Both the position numbers and the translations under genes were made by a program. This document shows, piece by piece, positions 1 to 9,282 of a stretch of 58,260 nucleotides of DNA. Source of the DNA: a bacterium (GTDB lineage: Bacteria > UBA9089 > CG2-30-40-21 > SBAY01). The notes under the pieces were generated by a model. It saw only the letters and a program-made list of their open reading frames with translations. It made no database searches and had not been told where the DNA came from. The DNA lies in NCBI GenBank assembly GCA_040757115.1, contig JBFLYA010000003.1:1-58260 (forward strand), given 5' to 3'. Numbering within the stretch: position 1 is the stretch's first letter; each line of letters opens with the position of its first letter.

Positions 1-127
1 ACCCTGCGTTGCAGTTGACGGCGGGGGACTGTGCCGTGGTCAGAGTTTTGTGGTCTCTCAAAGTTTTATCTTGCTATCAAACTTTTGTGGTAATTCTCCC
101 CGCCGCACCTGAACTTTATCGTTAGCT
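1..127 (+). mobile_element. Integron attC site (left end cut by window edge)
   Basis: Imperfect palindrome (gcagttgacggcggggga ... tccccgccgcacctgaac) ending in core site GTTAGCT at 121-127. Same layout as the complete site at 672-802. Confidence 0.8.
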
Positions 128-159
128 AATATAAAAGAAACTCAACGGGAGGTGACAAT

Positions 160-378
160 ATGGTAATTACTATTCCATTAGATCAAATGACTACAGCAGA
201 AAAACTTCTATCAATGGAGAACATATGGGATGATCTATGCCGAAGGGCAGATGAAATCTCTTCTCCGCCCTGGCATGGGGAGGTTCTCCAGCAAAGGGAA
301 GAAAAAGTAAAGAAAGGGGTAGAGGAATTTACTGATTGGGAGAATGCCAAAGGGAAAATAAAAGAGTCTGTTTCATGA
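160..378 (+). CDS. Putative addiction-module antitoxin (TIGR02574-like)
   Basis: 72 aa with EKLLSMENIWDDL...SPPWHGEVLQQRE...FTDWE pattern; GGAGG RBS; ATGA overlap with the downstream toxin. Confidence 0.8.
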   Translation: MVITIPLDQMTTAEKLLSMENIWDDLCRRADEISSPPWHGEVLQQREEKVKKGVEEFTDWENAKGKIKESVS

Positions 379-677
379 AAATCAAAATTCTTGAATCGGC
401 ATCCCAGGATTTAATCGAAGGCTACTGGTTCTACGAAAAACAGCAAGAAGGTCTTGGTAGTTACTTTCTCGATACATTGTTTTCGGATATTGATTCACTA
501 CAGATTTATGCTGGCATTCATCCCATATATTTTGAACGATATTATCGTTCACTATCTAAACGTTTTCCCTTTGCTATTTATTATCGTATTGAACAAAGAA
601 CAGTACTGGTATATGCAGTGCTTGATTGTCGTCGAAATCCAGCATGGATAAAAGACAGATTAAAATTAAGAATCTAA
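375..677 (+). CDS. Type II toxin, RelE/ParE family
   Basis: ATG at 375. ASQDLIEGYWFYEKQ...GLGSYFLD...RFPFAIYY...VYAVLDCRRNP is typical ParE-like sequence; the stop codon lies inside the attC R'' box. Confidence 0.85.
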   Translation: MKIKILESASQDLIEGYWFYEKQQEGLGSYFLDTLFSDIDSLQIYAGIHPIYFERYYRSLSKRFPFAIYYRIEQRTVLVYAVLDCRRNPAWIKDRLKLRI

Positions 678-802
678 CCAGTCGTTGCAGCGGACGGCGG
701 GGAGCTAACTGCTTTTCAAAAGTTTGTGGTTTATCAAAGTTTTGTCTTGCTTATAAAGTTTGGTGGCGATTCTCCCCGCCGCCGCTGAACTCAGTGTTAG
801 AT
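672..802 (+). mobile_element. Integron attC site (131 bp)
   Basis: R'' ATCTAAC (672-678) is exactly complementary to R' GTTAGAT (796-802); internal arms gcagcggacggcggggag / ctccccgccgccgctgaac. Confidence 0.88.
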
Positions 803-849
803 GTAATCAAAATGCGTCATGGCGTAGAATTGCAAGGGAGGTAGATAAT

Positions 850-1060
850 ATGAAGACTTTTCCAGCGGTTGTTGAAAAGTGTCGTGAATCTGGTTTATAC
901 ATTGGCTATGTGCCAGGCTTCCCAGGTGCTTACACACAAAGCAGAAACACTGGATGAATTACAAAGAAACCTTCGCGAAGTTATTGAAATGCTGTTTGAG
1001 GACGGTGAGCCAGTAATTGAAACCAAATTTATCGGTACACAAATGGTGGCGGTTGCCTAA
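850..1060 (+). pseudogene. hicB: HicB-family antitoxin, +1 frameshift
   Basis: MKTFPAVVEKCRESGLYIGYVPGFPGAYTQ joins AETLDELQRNLREVIEML in another frame if one A is removed at ~938-940. Confidence 0.8.
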
Positions 1061-1194
1061 TGAGCAAGTATCCCATTCTTAAACCTCATGAAGTAGTATC
1101 GCTCTTGGAAACCATTGGCTTTGTGGAAGTGCGTCAAAGAGAAGAGGTTCGCATAAGCAGTATCGACATCCAGAGGGGCGGACTACAACCGTTC
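1060..1194 (+). pseudogene. hicA: HicA-family toxin, frameshifted and truncated
   Basis: MSKYPILKPHEVVSLLETIGFVEVRQR continues as GSHKQYRHPEGRTTTV after removing a tandem 5-bp duplication (AAGAG AAGAG); cut off by a repeat at ~1195. Confidence 0.8.
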
Positions 1195-1196
1195 TT

Positions 1197-1245
1197 CTCT
1201 GCAAACTCTTGCGTCTCTGCGGTAAATTACCATCTGAACAGTTAC
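1197..1245. repeat. Dispersed repeat ending CTGAACRGTTAC (GxxExxY-associated type)
   Basis: gcgtctctgcggtaaattaccatctgaacagttac; related copies at ~23771-23811, 49494-49533, 51636-51674 and inverted at 48992-49018. Confidence 0.75.
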
Positions 1246-1282
1246 CGGATTCTATAATACAAGGGAAGAAATGAACATGCAG

Positions 1283-1385
1283 AAATATTTCAATACTCAT
1301 AAGATTCAAGCAGTAGAGAGAGGCAGGTCTAAAATAAAAACCTGCCTCTCCCAACAATAAAGGGGTGAGAAAAAGGATATATTTT
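1283..1385. repeat. ~100 bp repeat with 11-bp stem hairpin (copy 1 of 3)
   Basis: Nearly identical to 16771-16873 and similar to 36690-36796; stem GAGAGGCAGGT/ACCTGCCTCTC. Confidence 0.9.
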
Positions 1386-1756
1386 CCACCTGTGCAATTA
1401 GAAATAAAGGGATAATATTTTGGGGACGCTGTCCCCAAACCCCTGCTGGGGGATTGCAATCCTAAAGTCCCCCTTTATACTGTTTGCCATAGAAGCTTAT
1501 TTGGGTTATTCTATAAGGTAGTATTGAGGGATACCTCCTAATCATTCTCTTCTGGGGGATTTTACCCCCCAGAAGAGAATGATTAAAAAGCATTCTTTCA
1601 GTATAACCTTGCAGGAATAATCAACTAAGCCTGTAGAGCAGATAGTGTATAGGGGGTTTGGGGGATGGGGCATCCCCATTGGGAAAGGGAGTTTCTCCAA
1701 TGGGGTCTGGGCAAAGCCCCAGAGCATCTTCCTTAATTTTCTACCTGCACCGGTCG
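1386..1756. mobile_element. MITE-like element with GC-rich hairpins
   Basis: Terminal inverted repeats ccacctgtgcaattagaaa / tttctacctgcaccggtcg (15/19), same family as the element at 9283-9529. Confidence 0.6.
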
Positions 1757-1792
1757 AAGATTTTGGTAAAATATTCCCATAATGAGCAAAAG

Positions 1793-1910
1793 TTAATCAG
1801 ACTCATCTGTTCTGTTTTAATATCGATGCAGGTAAGAATCTTATTGTCCTTTAGACGGGACACCATAAGAACAAAAGTTGCTATTGTTGGTCTAACGCAA
1901 GATATTTCAT
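1793..1910 (-). pseudogene. IS110-family transposase N-terminal remnant
   Basis: With frameshifts reads MKYLALDQ-SNFCSYGV-RLKDNKILTCIDIKTEQMSLIN; homologous (inverted) to 36244-36316. Confidence 0.55.
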
Positions 1911-2409
1911 GATGGGCTTCCTTTTATTTTAGATTTTGTTATATCAGTATAACATACCTGTCAATCTATTCAAGGGTGCCCGTCTTTACATATTATCAAT
2001 TTCCTATCAGTAGAAAAAGTGTAGTAATCGGGTTCATCACTACTACGGCACTCAAAAATGGCTTCATCCAGTATGGGTCTCTTTTAATTTTCCTATAAAA
2101 AAGAACCATAGCAACAAACGAATATGTGATAATTATAAAACCAAACACTGTTTTTATACCTATTCTCCCTGATAAAATTTTCGAGCTGGACCTCGGGAAA
2201 AGGAACACTCTTTATAACTCTTTATTATAGTATTTCTTTTAAATCATTCCTGTCTGTGTGTTAGCACGGCAGAACTGTAGTCTAATCAGCCTGTTATAGA
2301 AAGTTACCCCTCTGTCTCTTAGGTGATTCTTCTATTCTTTAAGACTTTTTGCCGCACCATCTTTATGTACAAGTTAGTAATATAACGACCTCTTTTGTCT
2401 CCGCAAAAG

Positions 2410-2646
2410 TTACCCACATGGACTGAGATAGGAAGTATTCAATATTAAACCATTGGAAGCACATATTTGTAAAAATTCTTCAATCTCCCTTTGTTCACCC
2501 CATAAATTAACCTGTCCATTAGAACTTACACTTACAGTGAGAATTCTTTTACCATACCTGCGCAAACAATGATTATGATTAAAGTTTTCACCCGATAATA
2601 TGTTTTTATCTCCTCTTTTTTGCTGAAAAGATTTCTGTTTTTCCAT
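2410..2646 (-). CDS. Small hypothetical protein ending -SPCG, last gene of the Ubl operon
   Basis: 78-aa ORF 50 bp after the vWA gene, GGAG RBS. Confidence 0.55.
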   Translation of the reverse strand: MEKQKSFQQKRGDKNILSGENFNHNHCLRRYGKRILTVSVSSNGQVNLWGEQREIEEFLQICASNGLILNTSYLSPCG

Positions 2647-2696
2647 TGTCATTCTCTCCAAAGTTAATCATCTTTCAAAAATAGGTATTTCCGAAT

Positions 2697-4535
2697 TTAC
2701 TTTGTTTGAATATCTTCATCATCCTCAAGTAAAAGCAACTCATGGTCTTCTTTGGAATAATTATCTTCTTCAGATGGTTGTTGAGATAGATTCAATTTAT
2801 CTGGAGAAGAAGGTGGCTGTTCCCATTGTGGAGGAACCCCACCTATCCCTGGTGGATATTGACCTGGTTGTTGCGGATAATTTACTCCCCCTATTGGTTG
2901 CTGAGGGGGCGGAGGCGGATAATATCCACCTGCTCCTGATGGAGGTGGATATTGACCTGGTTGTTGTGACCAACCTCTTCCTCGAGTTGGCTGTTGAGGT
3001 GATGAAGGATGGGAGCGGATTCCTTTAATACGAAGTCCAGAACCACTATCCTGTGGTGGAGCTATAGGTGGTTGTTGTGGTGATGGAGGTGGATAAGGGG
3101 GCCATGGATGAGGGCCACCGTATTGTGGTGGATACTGACCCGGTGGAGGAGGTGGATAGTAAACTGGTTGTTGAGGTGGTTGAGGTCCATAATAAGTTCC
3201 TGAAGGCGGAGGAGGTGGACTACCCCATTGAGGAGGGCCACTATATGGCGGTGGATATTGGTCTGGTGGAGGTGGATAATTCCTTACCTGTGGTGAGGTT
3301 GATATATAAGTAGGTTGACCATAGGATGGTCGTTCTCCGATTCCATCAGAAGAAGAAACTCCATGTCTTATAGGTCTCCGAACAGGAGGTGCTATGGGAG
3401 GTATTAATCGTTCTCTCAGTAAAGTATAGATATGGGGAAGAAAGTAAAAGAATATAATGATGCCTAACATAATTGTAAAAGTTATCAGTCTCTCAGGTAT
3501 AATTTCCTGATGAAGAATTTGCTTGCGTTTTTCAGGATCTTCTGGTAGTATTAAACCAGGAATATTAGAAAAATTAATCTTATAAGGGGCTGACTGTACA
3601 TTGTTACTAAGTTGGACCTTATATTCTACAGCATCAACCAATTTTTTCAATTCAAGATTAGTTTTAAAAACAAGTTGATACTCCTTAATAACCCCTAATT
3701 GTATATCTTGATAAATTTGAATAAGTCTATCGCTTGAAGGAGCATAGTAGTAATCACCATGAGACAAAAAAGCAAAATCTTTCAAGATATTCTCATCTAT
3801 ACCAGAATCATTTCTATATCGGGGATTTCCAAATCCTATAGTATAAATAGGAATATTTACCTCTTTAATCTTTTCACAAACTGGATTCACATCTGTCAAA
3901 CCTGTTTCCCCTTCTCTAACTCTAACATCATTCTTTCCATCAGTCAATAAAATAACTATCTGTCTCCCTCCTTGTGGTGATATAGATTCTAATGCTCTGA
4001 TTGTAGCAGAGTATAGGGCTGTGTTATAAGTTGTTGCTTGAAGAAATTCTATTTGGTTTTTCAGTTTTTCCTTATCAGAATAGAATACTATCCTAGAAAC
4101 TTCAGGTACATAACTATTAAAAGCCATTATTGCTACTTTATCGTAGTCCCGCATATTTTCAATAAAATGATAAGCTGATTCTTTAGCAGCATCTATTTTT
4201 CTCTTCCCTTGACCACTATCATTAGCCATACTTCCACTTGTATCTATTGCCAATACTGCAATCAATGGAGTATTACTTTCTCCGATAATAGTTATCTCCT
4301 CGGGAGTTCCTATGTTCTTACCATTTTCAAAAAGAGTAAAATCTTCTTTGACTAATTTTTCACTATAAGGCTTTTTCTCCTCATTAAGAACGGAGACATA
4401 AGCTTTCCCATGAGGACAGTTATCCATTTTCATTTGTCGCAAATGAACTGATGAGATTTCCTCAGCTAAACATCGATTAATCATCATAAAAAGCATCACC
4501 ATTAATATTAAACTAGTTTTCCTTCTCAAAAACAT
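2697..4535 (-). CDS. Single-pass membrane protein: signal peptide, vWA domain, TM helix, long Pro/Gln/Tyr-rich tail
   Basis: N-terminal hydrophobic signal; MIDAS motifs DTSGSM, NTALY, LLTDG; TM LITFTIMLGIIIFFYFL; tail with repeated QYPP/PPPPP. Confidence 0.88.
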   Translation of the reverse strand: MFLRRKTSLILMVMLFMMINRCLAEEISSVHLRQMKMDNCPHGKAYVSVLNEEKKPYSEKLVKEDFTLFENGKNIGTPEEITIIGESNTPLIAVLAIDTSGSMANDSGQGKRKIDAAKESAYHFIENMRDYDKVAIMAFNSYVPEVSRIVFYSDKEKLKNQIEFLQATTYNTALYSATIRALESISPQGGRQIVILLTDGKNDVRVREGETGLTDVNPVCEKIKEVNIPIYTIGFGNPRYRNDSGIDENILKDFAFLSHGDYYYAPSSDRLIQIYQDIQLGVIKEYQLVFKTNLELKKLVDAVEYKVQLSNNVQSAPYKINFSNIPGLILPEDPEKRKQILHQEIIPERLITFTIMLGIIIFFYFLPHIYTLLRERLIPPIAPPVRRPIRHGVSSSDGIGERPSYGQPTYISTSPQVRNYPPPPDQYPPPYSGPPQWGSPPPPPSGTYYGPQPPQQPVYYPPPPPGQYPPQYGGPHPWPPYPPPSPQQPPIAPPQDSGSGLRIKGIRSHPSSPQQPTRGRGWSQQPGQYPPPSGAGGYYPPPPPQQPIGGVNYPQQPGQYPPGIGGVPPQWEQPPSSPDKLNLSQQPSEEDNYSKEDHELLLLEDDEDIQTK

Positions 4536-4541
4536 CTTTCT

Positions 4542-5489
4542 TCACCTCCTAATTTGTTCTCTTGGAGGAAGATTTGAAGAATCACCTGACGAACTTCTTA
4601 CTTTCAGAAATCTAAAGCAGCTACTGCCCAAACAAATAAGGTCTCCATGTTGAAGCTGTTGCTTTCTATCAATTTTATGACCATTTACATAAGTTTCCTC
4701 TCCTTGATTTGGTAGCTCATAAGGTGAGATAAAAAACTGTCTTCCTTCCCAAGAGATTGTTGCATGAAGGGAATCAATAAGTTCATCTCCGACTATTTGA
4801 ATGTTAGCCTTTGAGGAAAATCTACCTGGGTCTCCACTACCAATAATATTTCGAGCGTCACGGTAGAGAGACTTTTTATATTGCTCGCCATACTTTGATG
4901 ATTTATTCCCTTCTACCCCTTGCAAATAAGCATCTGACCCCAAGATACAAGCAAAACTTACTCCTGAAGCAATAGATGCTCCCAGAATAGTAATTCCCCA
5001 TGCCATAGAGACAGTTGGACCAAATATGGTACCCAGAAAGTGATGTATAAAACCTCCTATCAATCCTCCAATAGCTCCACCCAGAAGTCCATTAAGTGCC
5101 CGCCGCATTGACCTCCATCTTATCGCCTCTGCTATACTTACTAAAACACCTAAGGTGGACCATCCAAACATTCTTCCAAAATATGGAATTGTATCTTTGG
5201 TTGCTTCATACAGATAGAAAAATACTACTCCACCTAAACTACCACCAATGATTCCAGTTAACGCTCCCAATAGGAAATCACCAAGACAGGTAGTAATACC
5301 TGAATCCATAATTCTTTCAAGGGCACAAACAAAAGAACCAATGAATATTCCTACCAGACAACCCACAGCAACAGCGGTAATTAGTGGAGAAAATGAAAGG
5401 TCAACTATCCAACACGAGGTAAACCAGCCCAAGAGTCCTGCCAGACAACCTGTAACTCCAAAATAGTATATACTTCTAAAAAAAGTCAT
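4542..5489 (-). CDS. Multi-TM (GxxxG-rich) protein with C-terminal FHA-like domain
   Basis: About six Gly-rich hydrophobic helices, then IIGS...SLHATISW...TYVNG...LQHGDLICLG. Confidence 0.8.
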   Translation of the reverse strand: MTFFRSIYYFGVTGCLAGLLGWFTSCWIVDLSFSPLITAVAVGCLVGIFIGSFVCALERIMDSGITTCLGDFLLGALTGIIGGSLGGVVFFYLYEATKDTIPYFGRMFGWSTLGVLVSIAEAIRWRSMRRALNGLLGGAIGGLIGGFIHHFLGTIFGPTVSMAWGITILGASIASGVSFACILGSDAYLQGVEGNKSSKYGEQYKKSLYRDARNIIGSGDPGRFSSKANIQIVGDELIDSLHATISWEGRQFFISPYELPNQGEETYVNGHKIDRKQQLQHGDLICLGSSCFRFLKVRSSSGDSSNLPPREQIRR

Positions 5490-5492
5490 CTT

Positions 5493-7499
5493 TTATACAC
5501 CTCTTATTTGTGCTTCTAATTCCCTTATTTTTTGTCTTAAGGGAGCATTAGTCTTTGTTCTTTTGACTTCTTCTATAATTTCACTCAACCATTGAGGCAT
5601 TGTAAGAGGAAGCATACTGTAAAAATTAGTTGCCTCAAGAGCCAAAAGCGATTGATAATCATAGATAAGGGGGTCATGATTTGGTTTAAAATCAGCAATA
5701 GCATTTTTCAAATGGTCTATATTTACCTTTTTGGTCTTTGCATATTCAGCCGCGCGTCTTACAATGACCTCAATAGCGGAACCAGTCAAACCTTCTGTCT
5801 CAACGGTTACAAAATCAAAGTCAATACCATCATCATATTCTATTTTTACCTTCTTTTCCATCACTTCAAAGATACTCTTTCTATCCTCCTTATCTGGGGG
5901 TAAAAGGGGTATAACCTTATCAAATCGACGAAGCATAGCCTGGTCCAGAACATCTGGTCGATTAGTTGCGGCTACCCAAATTATCTTACCTCGATTAGAA
6001 TTATCCGACATAAATGTTAATATCTTAGCAAAAATACGCTGGCTTACTCCACTATCTCGACTATCTGTCATCCGAGAACCAAAAGCTTGATCAACTTCAT
6101 CTACAAATACTACTACTGGTGACAGTGCTAGTAAAATATCAAATACCTTAGAAAGATTCCGTTCACTTTCTCCTACCCACATACTGCGTATGTCCTTCAT
6201 TTTCACTAAGTTCATCGTTGCCTCTTTAGCCAGTGCTTCTGCCAGAATAGTTTTACCAGTCCCTGGAGGACCAACTAACAAAATTCCCTTAGGAAGTAAT
6301 TCTACTATGTCTAAAAGGATATTATCGTCTTTTATCTCTTTTTTTTGCTCAAAATATCGTTTTATATCAGCCACTTTCTCCTCAAGAAATTTCTTCACAT
6401 GGTCCAAACCACCTATCGAGTCAAAGCCATGTTTTGGCTCCATCACTTCTAACAAGTTATTACTTTCTGCTTCAATAATTTCCTTCTTCTTCTCTTTCAC
6501 TAAATCATAACTTACATTAATTCCCAGAGCTTTAGCAGAGTTAAAAAGATAATCTAAATCTTTAAGGTTAAACCCTGCGGTTATTTCAGCCAGTCCTTCC
6601 AATGTAGTCCCTTCTTCTAATTTTATTTTAGGCTTAATTTCTTCTAATGCCTTCACAACCTCTTCTAAAGTGGGAATATCTTCACCTGGCACCTTTTCCT
6701 TCTCTGATGTTGAAACTTCTTCTGAAGAGGGAGAACTTTTTTCTTCTGGCATATTTTTCTTTTCAGAGGAAAGAAATCTTAGAAATGCCAATCGTGTTTT
6801 TGCATCTGGTCGATCTATTTTAATAGCCTTACAGCCATAATGAGAATAGATGTCTGGATGGACTGCACCAAGATTTGGAGTTACTAATAGAACTATGTTA
6901 CCAGTATCCTGTCTAATCTTATAGTTCGAAGCCCACCGCTGTAATGTCTCAATCAAGATAATAGCATCTTTATCTTGAGTCCCTGCAGGCAGCAATTTAT
7001 CTACATATTCGATAACGATGGCAGTGCGATGTTCCTTTTGTAACAGAAGATGTTCAAAATTAGGAAAGACTTTCTTAGGGTCTCTGAATGTTTCATCCTG
7101 GGATTGCCTAGCTTGCCTCCCAAATCCTTCAACAACTTTGCGTGACTCTGTTGAAAGGTTTTTTAGTCTTTCTTCATCAGATTTTTCTGGTTCTTCTTCC
7201 TCACCAGCACCAAAAATAGGTAGAGCAAATCGTTTAAGTATGTCTTTTTTTGGCACTAAACCCTCTGGATAGGTAATTCCAGCTGACTGGCAATAGAATA
7301 AGATAATATCATACTTTAATGCCAGTCGCATGGTTAAAAATTCACGCAAGGATAATTTACCTTTTCCTGGCACATAGATAAAATCATTCACATTAAAGTA
7401 GAGAAGAAACATATGAGAGGCATTAGCATTATAGACATTATTAAGTTCTTCCAGCCAGGCAGGAGATTCCCAATTCTCTATAATATTAGTTTCTGACAT
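5493..7499 (-). CDS. AAA+ ATPase, classical clade (Cdc48/Ycf46-like, degenerate N-terminal module plus intact C-terminal module)
   Basis: FDSIGGLD, Walker A GPPGTGKT, pore loop MWVGESE, Walker B VFVDEVD, SRH AATNRPDVLDQAMLRRFD. Confidence 0.92.
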   Translation of the reverse strand: MSETNIIENWESPAWLEELNNVYNANASHMFLLYFNVNDFIYVPGKGKLSLREFLTMRLALKYDIILFYCQSAGITYPEGLVPKKDILKRFALPIFGAGEEEEPEKSDEERLKNLSTESRKVVEGFGRQARQSQDETFRDPKKVFPNFEHLLLQKEHRTAIVIEYVDKLLPAGTQDKDAIILIETLQRWASNYKIRQDTGNIVLLVTPNLGAVHPDIYSHYGCKAIKIDRPDAKTRLAFLRFLSSEKKNMPEEKSSPSSEEVSTSEKEKVPGEDIPTLEEVVKALEEIKPKIKLEEGTTLEGLAEITAGFNLKDLDYLFNSAKALGINVSYDLVKEKKKEIIEAESNNLLEVMEPKHGFDSIGGLDHVKKFLEEKVADIKRYFEQKKEIKDDNILLDIVELLPKGILLVGPPGTGKTILAEALAKEATMNLVKMKDIRSMWVGESERNLSKVFDILLALSPVVVFVDEVDQAFGSRMTDSRDSGVSQRIFAKILTFMSDNSNRGKIIWVAATNRPDVLDQAMLRRFDKVIPLLPPDKEDRKSIFEVMEKKVKIEYDDGIDFDFVTVETEGLTGSAIEVIVRRAAEYAKTKKVNIDHLKNAIADFKPNHDPLIYDYQSLLALEATNFYSMLPLTMPQWLSEIIEEVKRTKTNAPLRQKIRELEAQIRGV

Positions 7500-7502
7500 T
7501 AA

Positions 7503-9239
7503 TTAACTCCTTTCTTTTTCTTGAGGACTAATTTGTTTAACCATAGAGGTAGGAATAGTTTCTTCTAAAAGTTCTACAAAATGTGGGGAGATACAAACTT
7601 CACCTTGGGTATCTACCTCTACAATCCCTTTACCCTCAATCGAAAAAGTTTTGATAACCTTATTTTTACCAATAGTTTCTATTTCTATCTTATCATAGCC
7701 CATTTGGTGGAGTGATAGTAATATTCTATCTACTACTATATCTTGCAAAGTTCGCTCATCTTGAATAAGTTGTGGAATTGTTCCTGTTCCTTCTTTTACG
7801 CCAGTTACCTTATAATTTAAGTATATGCCTCGATTTTTTAACTCATCAAAAAAATGCTGTAACTCGGGTAGACAGGTAGCCTGACCTGCCTCATCGGATT
7901 TAAACCCATCGAGGTCATACAAAATTTCTCCCTCCGCGGAAACATTGACCCTAAAAATTTTCTCTCCTTTTATAGCTTTGTAATATATTCGCTCTTTTAT
8001 TTCAGACTTTTCAATTTCTGTATATTTCATTATTTGAAATACCTCTTCTATCTTTTGACTAATATGTGCCTGAAGATTTTGATTGAGGGTATTAATTGCC
8101 TTTTCTTTAATCTGATTAAATTTCTCCTGAGCATATTTTGCCTGGGACAGAGCATCATCTAATCTACCAGTGCGAAACATCTCTTGAGCTTCAGCTAAAG
8201 TCTGTTTTGCTTCCTCAAAGTTGTCTTTCAAAGTAAGTCTAACAATCTCTCTAACAGATTGAAGTGACTCTTCTTCACTCTTTTCTAACATTTCTATAAT
8301 AATCTCAGCATCTTCTACAGCTTTATCAAAATCTATTTGAATCTGGTTTGTTCTTTTTTCCCAGGTTTCTTTTTCTATCCTCAACCTATTACTTAAGTTA
8401 GACAAATGTTTAGTTATATCTTCCATGTGCTGCCAAACTATCGTGTAATTCTGGTCTTTCCAATTAGTGGTTATATCTCTAATCTCATCTTCTATTCTGC
8501 TAATCTCCTGTTGATTATTAGAAGGAAAAGAACCTGCAATTGTCTCTGTTTCTAATAAATCCAACTCCGCTTTCATTATCATTTCATGAATTTTCTCTGT
8601 CTGCTGATAGTGCTGTTCCTGAAGAACATAAGCTTTCTTCATTGTCTCTTGAAGCACACTTAAGGCTTCTTCTGCAAGACTATAAGAAGATGGAAATTCT
8701 CCTCTCTCTAAATTCTCTTTTCCTCGCTGTTCAATATTAACTATCCTATCTATTGCCTCTTTTTCTACAAATGGCAATCTCTGAACTTTTTCTAACATAA
8801 AATCCACTTCTTGCCAATTCATTGAAATTATTTGTTTAGCTGTTCTTTCCTCAGCCTCCTGGCCTAAAAATTTCAATTCTTCCCTAAATTGCTTTTCTTG
8901 CTGGAGATATTTCTGTCTTCTTTGTTCAATCTCCTGTTGCTCTTTAATAGCCTGTTTATGAGTCTGAAATCGTAATTTTTTATCTTTTCCTCGCTCTTTT
9001 TTGATAACTTCTGCTTTTTTCTGATGTTCTTTAATTAATTTAGTAACTCTCTGTTTTTCTTTCTCAAGCATCTTTTTTACTTTTTCTCTTCGTTTCTGAG
9101 CTATCTCTTGAGCGGTGTTATTAACTACTTCATATAACTTACAACCACAAAAAACCAATCCTTTGGCACCATAATAAACTCCGCTTACTGCTGCCCCTAA
9201 ACAAATTCCTATTACATCTGCTCCCCCTGCACTACTCAT
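7503..9239 (-). CDS. Long coiled-coil protein with C-terminal DUF2997-like segment
   Basis: E/K/Q-rich helical body; FRVNVSAEGEILYDLDGF...TCLPELQHFFDELKNRGI near the C-terminus; AAGGAG RBS; 3 bp from the ATPase start. Confidence 0.7.
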   Translation of the reverse strand: MSSAGGADVIGICLGAAVSGVYYGAKGLVFCGCKLYEVVNNTAQEIAQKRREKVKKMLEKEKQRVTKLIKEHQKKAEVIKKERGKDKKLRFQTHKQAIKEQQEIEQRRQKYLQQEKQFREELKFLGQEAEERTAKQIISMNWQEVDFMLEKVQRLPFVEKEAIDRIVNIEQRGKENLERGEFPSSYSLAEEALSVLQETMKKAYVLQEQHYQQTEKIHEMIMKAELDLLETETIAGSFPSNNQQEISRIEDEIRDITTNWKDQNYTIVWQHMEDITKHLSNLSNRLRIEKETWEKRTNQIQIDFDKAVEDAEIIIEMLEKSEEESLQSVREIVRLTLKDNFEEAKQTLAEAQEMFRTGRLDDALSQAKYAQEKFNQIKEKAINTLNQNLQAHISQKIEEVFQIMKYTEIEKSEIKERIYYKAIKGEKIFRVNVSAEGEILYDLDGFKSDEAGQATCLPELQHFFDELKNRGIYLNYKVTGVKEGTGTIPQLIQDERTLQDIVVDRILLSLHQMGYDKIEIETIGKNKVIKTFSIEGKGIVEVDTQGEVCISPHFVELLEETIPTSMVKQISPQEKERS

Positions 9240-9282
9240 TGGTATTCTCCTTTAAACTACATCTTGATTATTCAACAAATTT

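Noticed and set aside
1996-2208. Small hydrophobic ORF downstream of the Ubl operon
   Set aside because: GTG start without a convincing RBS, 200 bp gap and no motif; insufficient support.
2702-3313. Plus-strand ORFs 2702-3028 and 3068-3313 (and other short antisense ORFs in the track)
   Set aside because: Shadows of well-supported opposite-strand genes; the Val/Glu-rich text mirrors the proline repeats.
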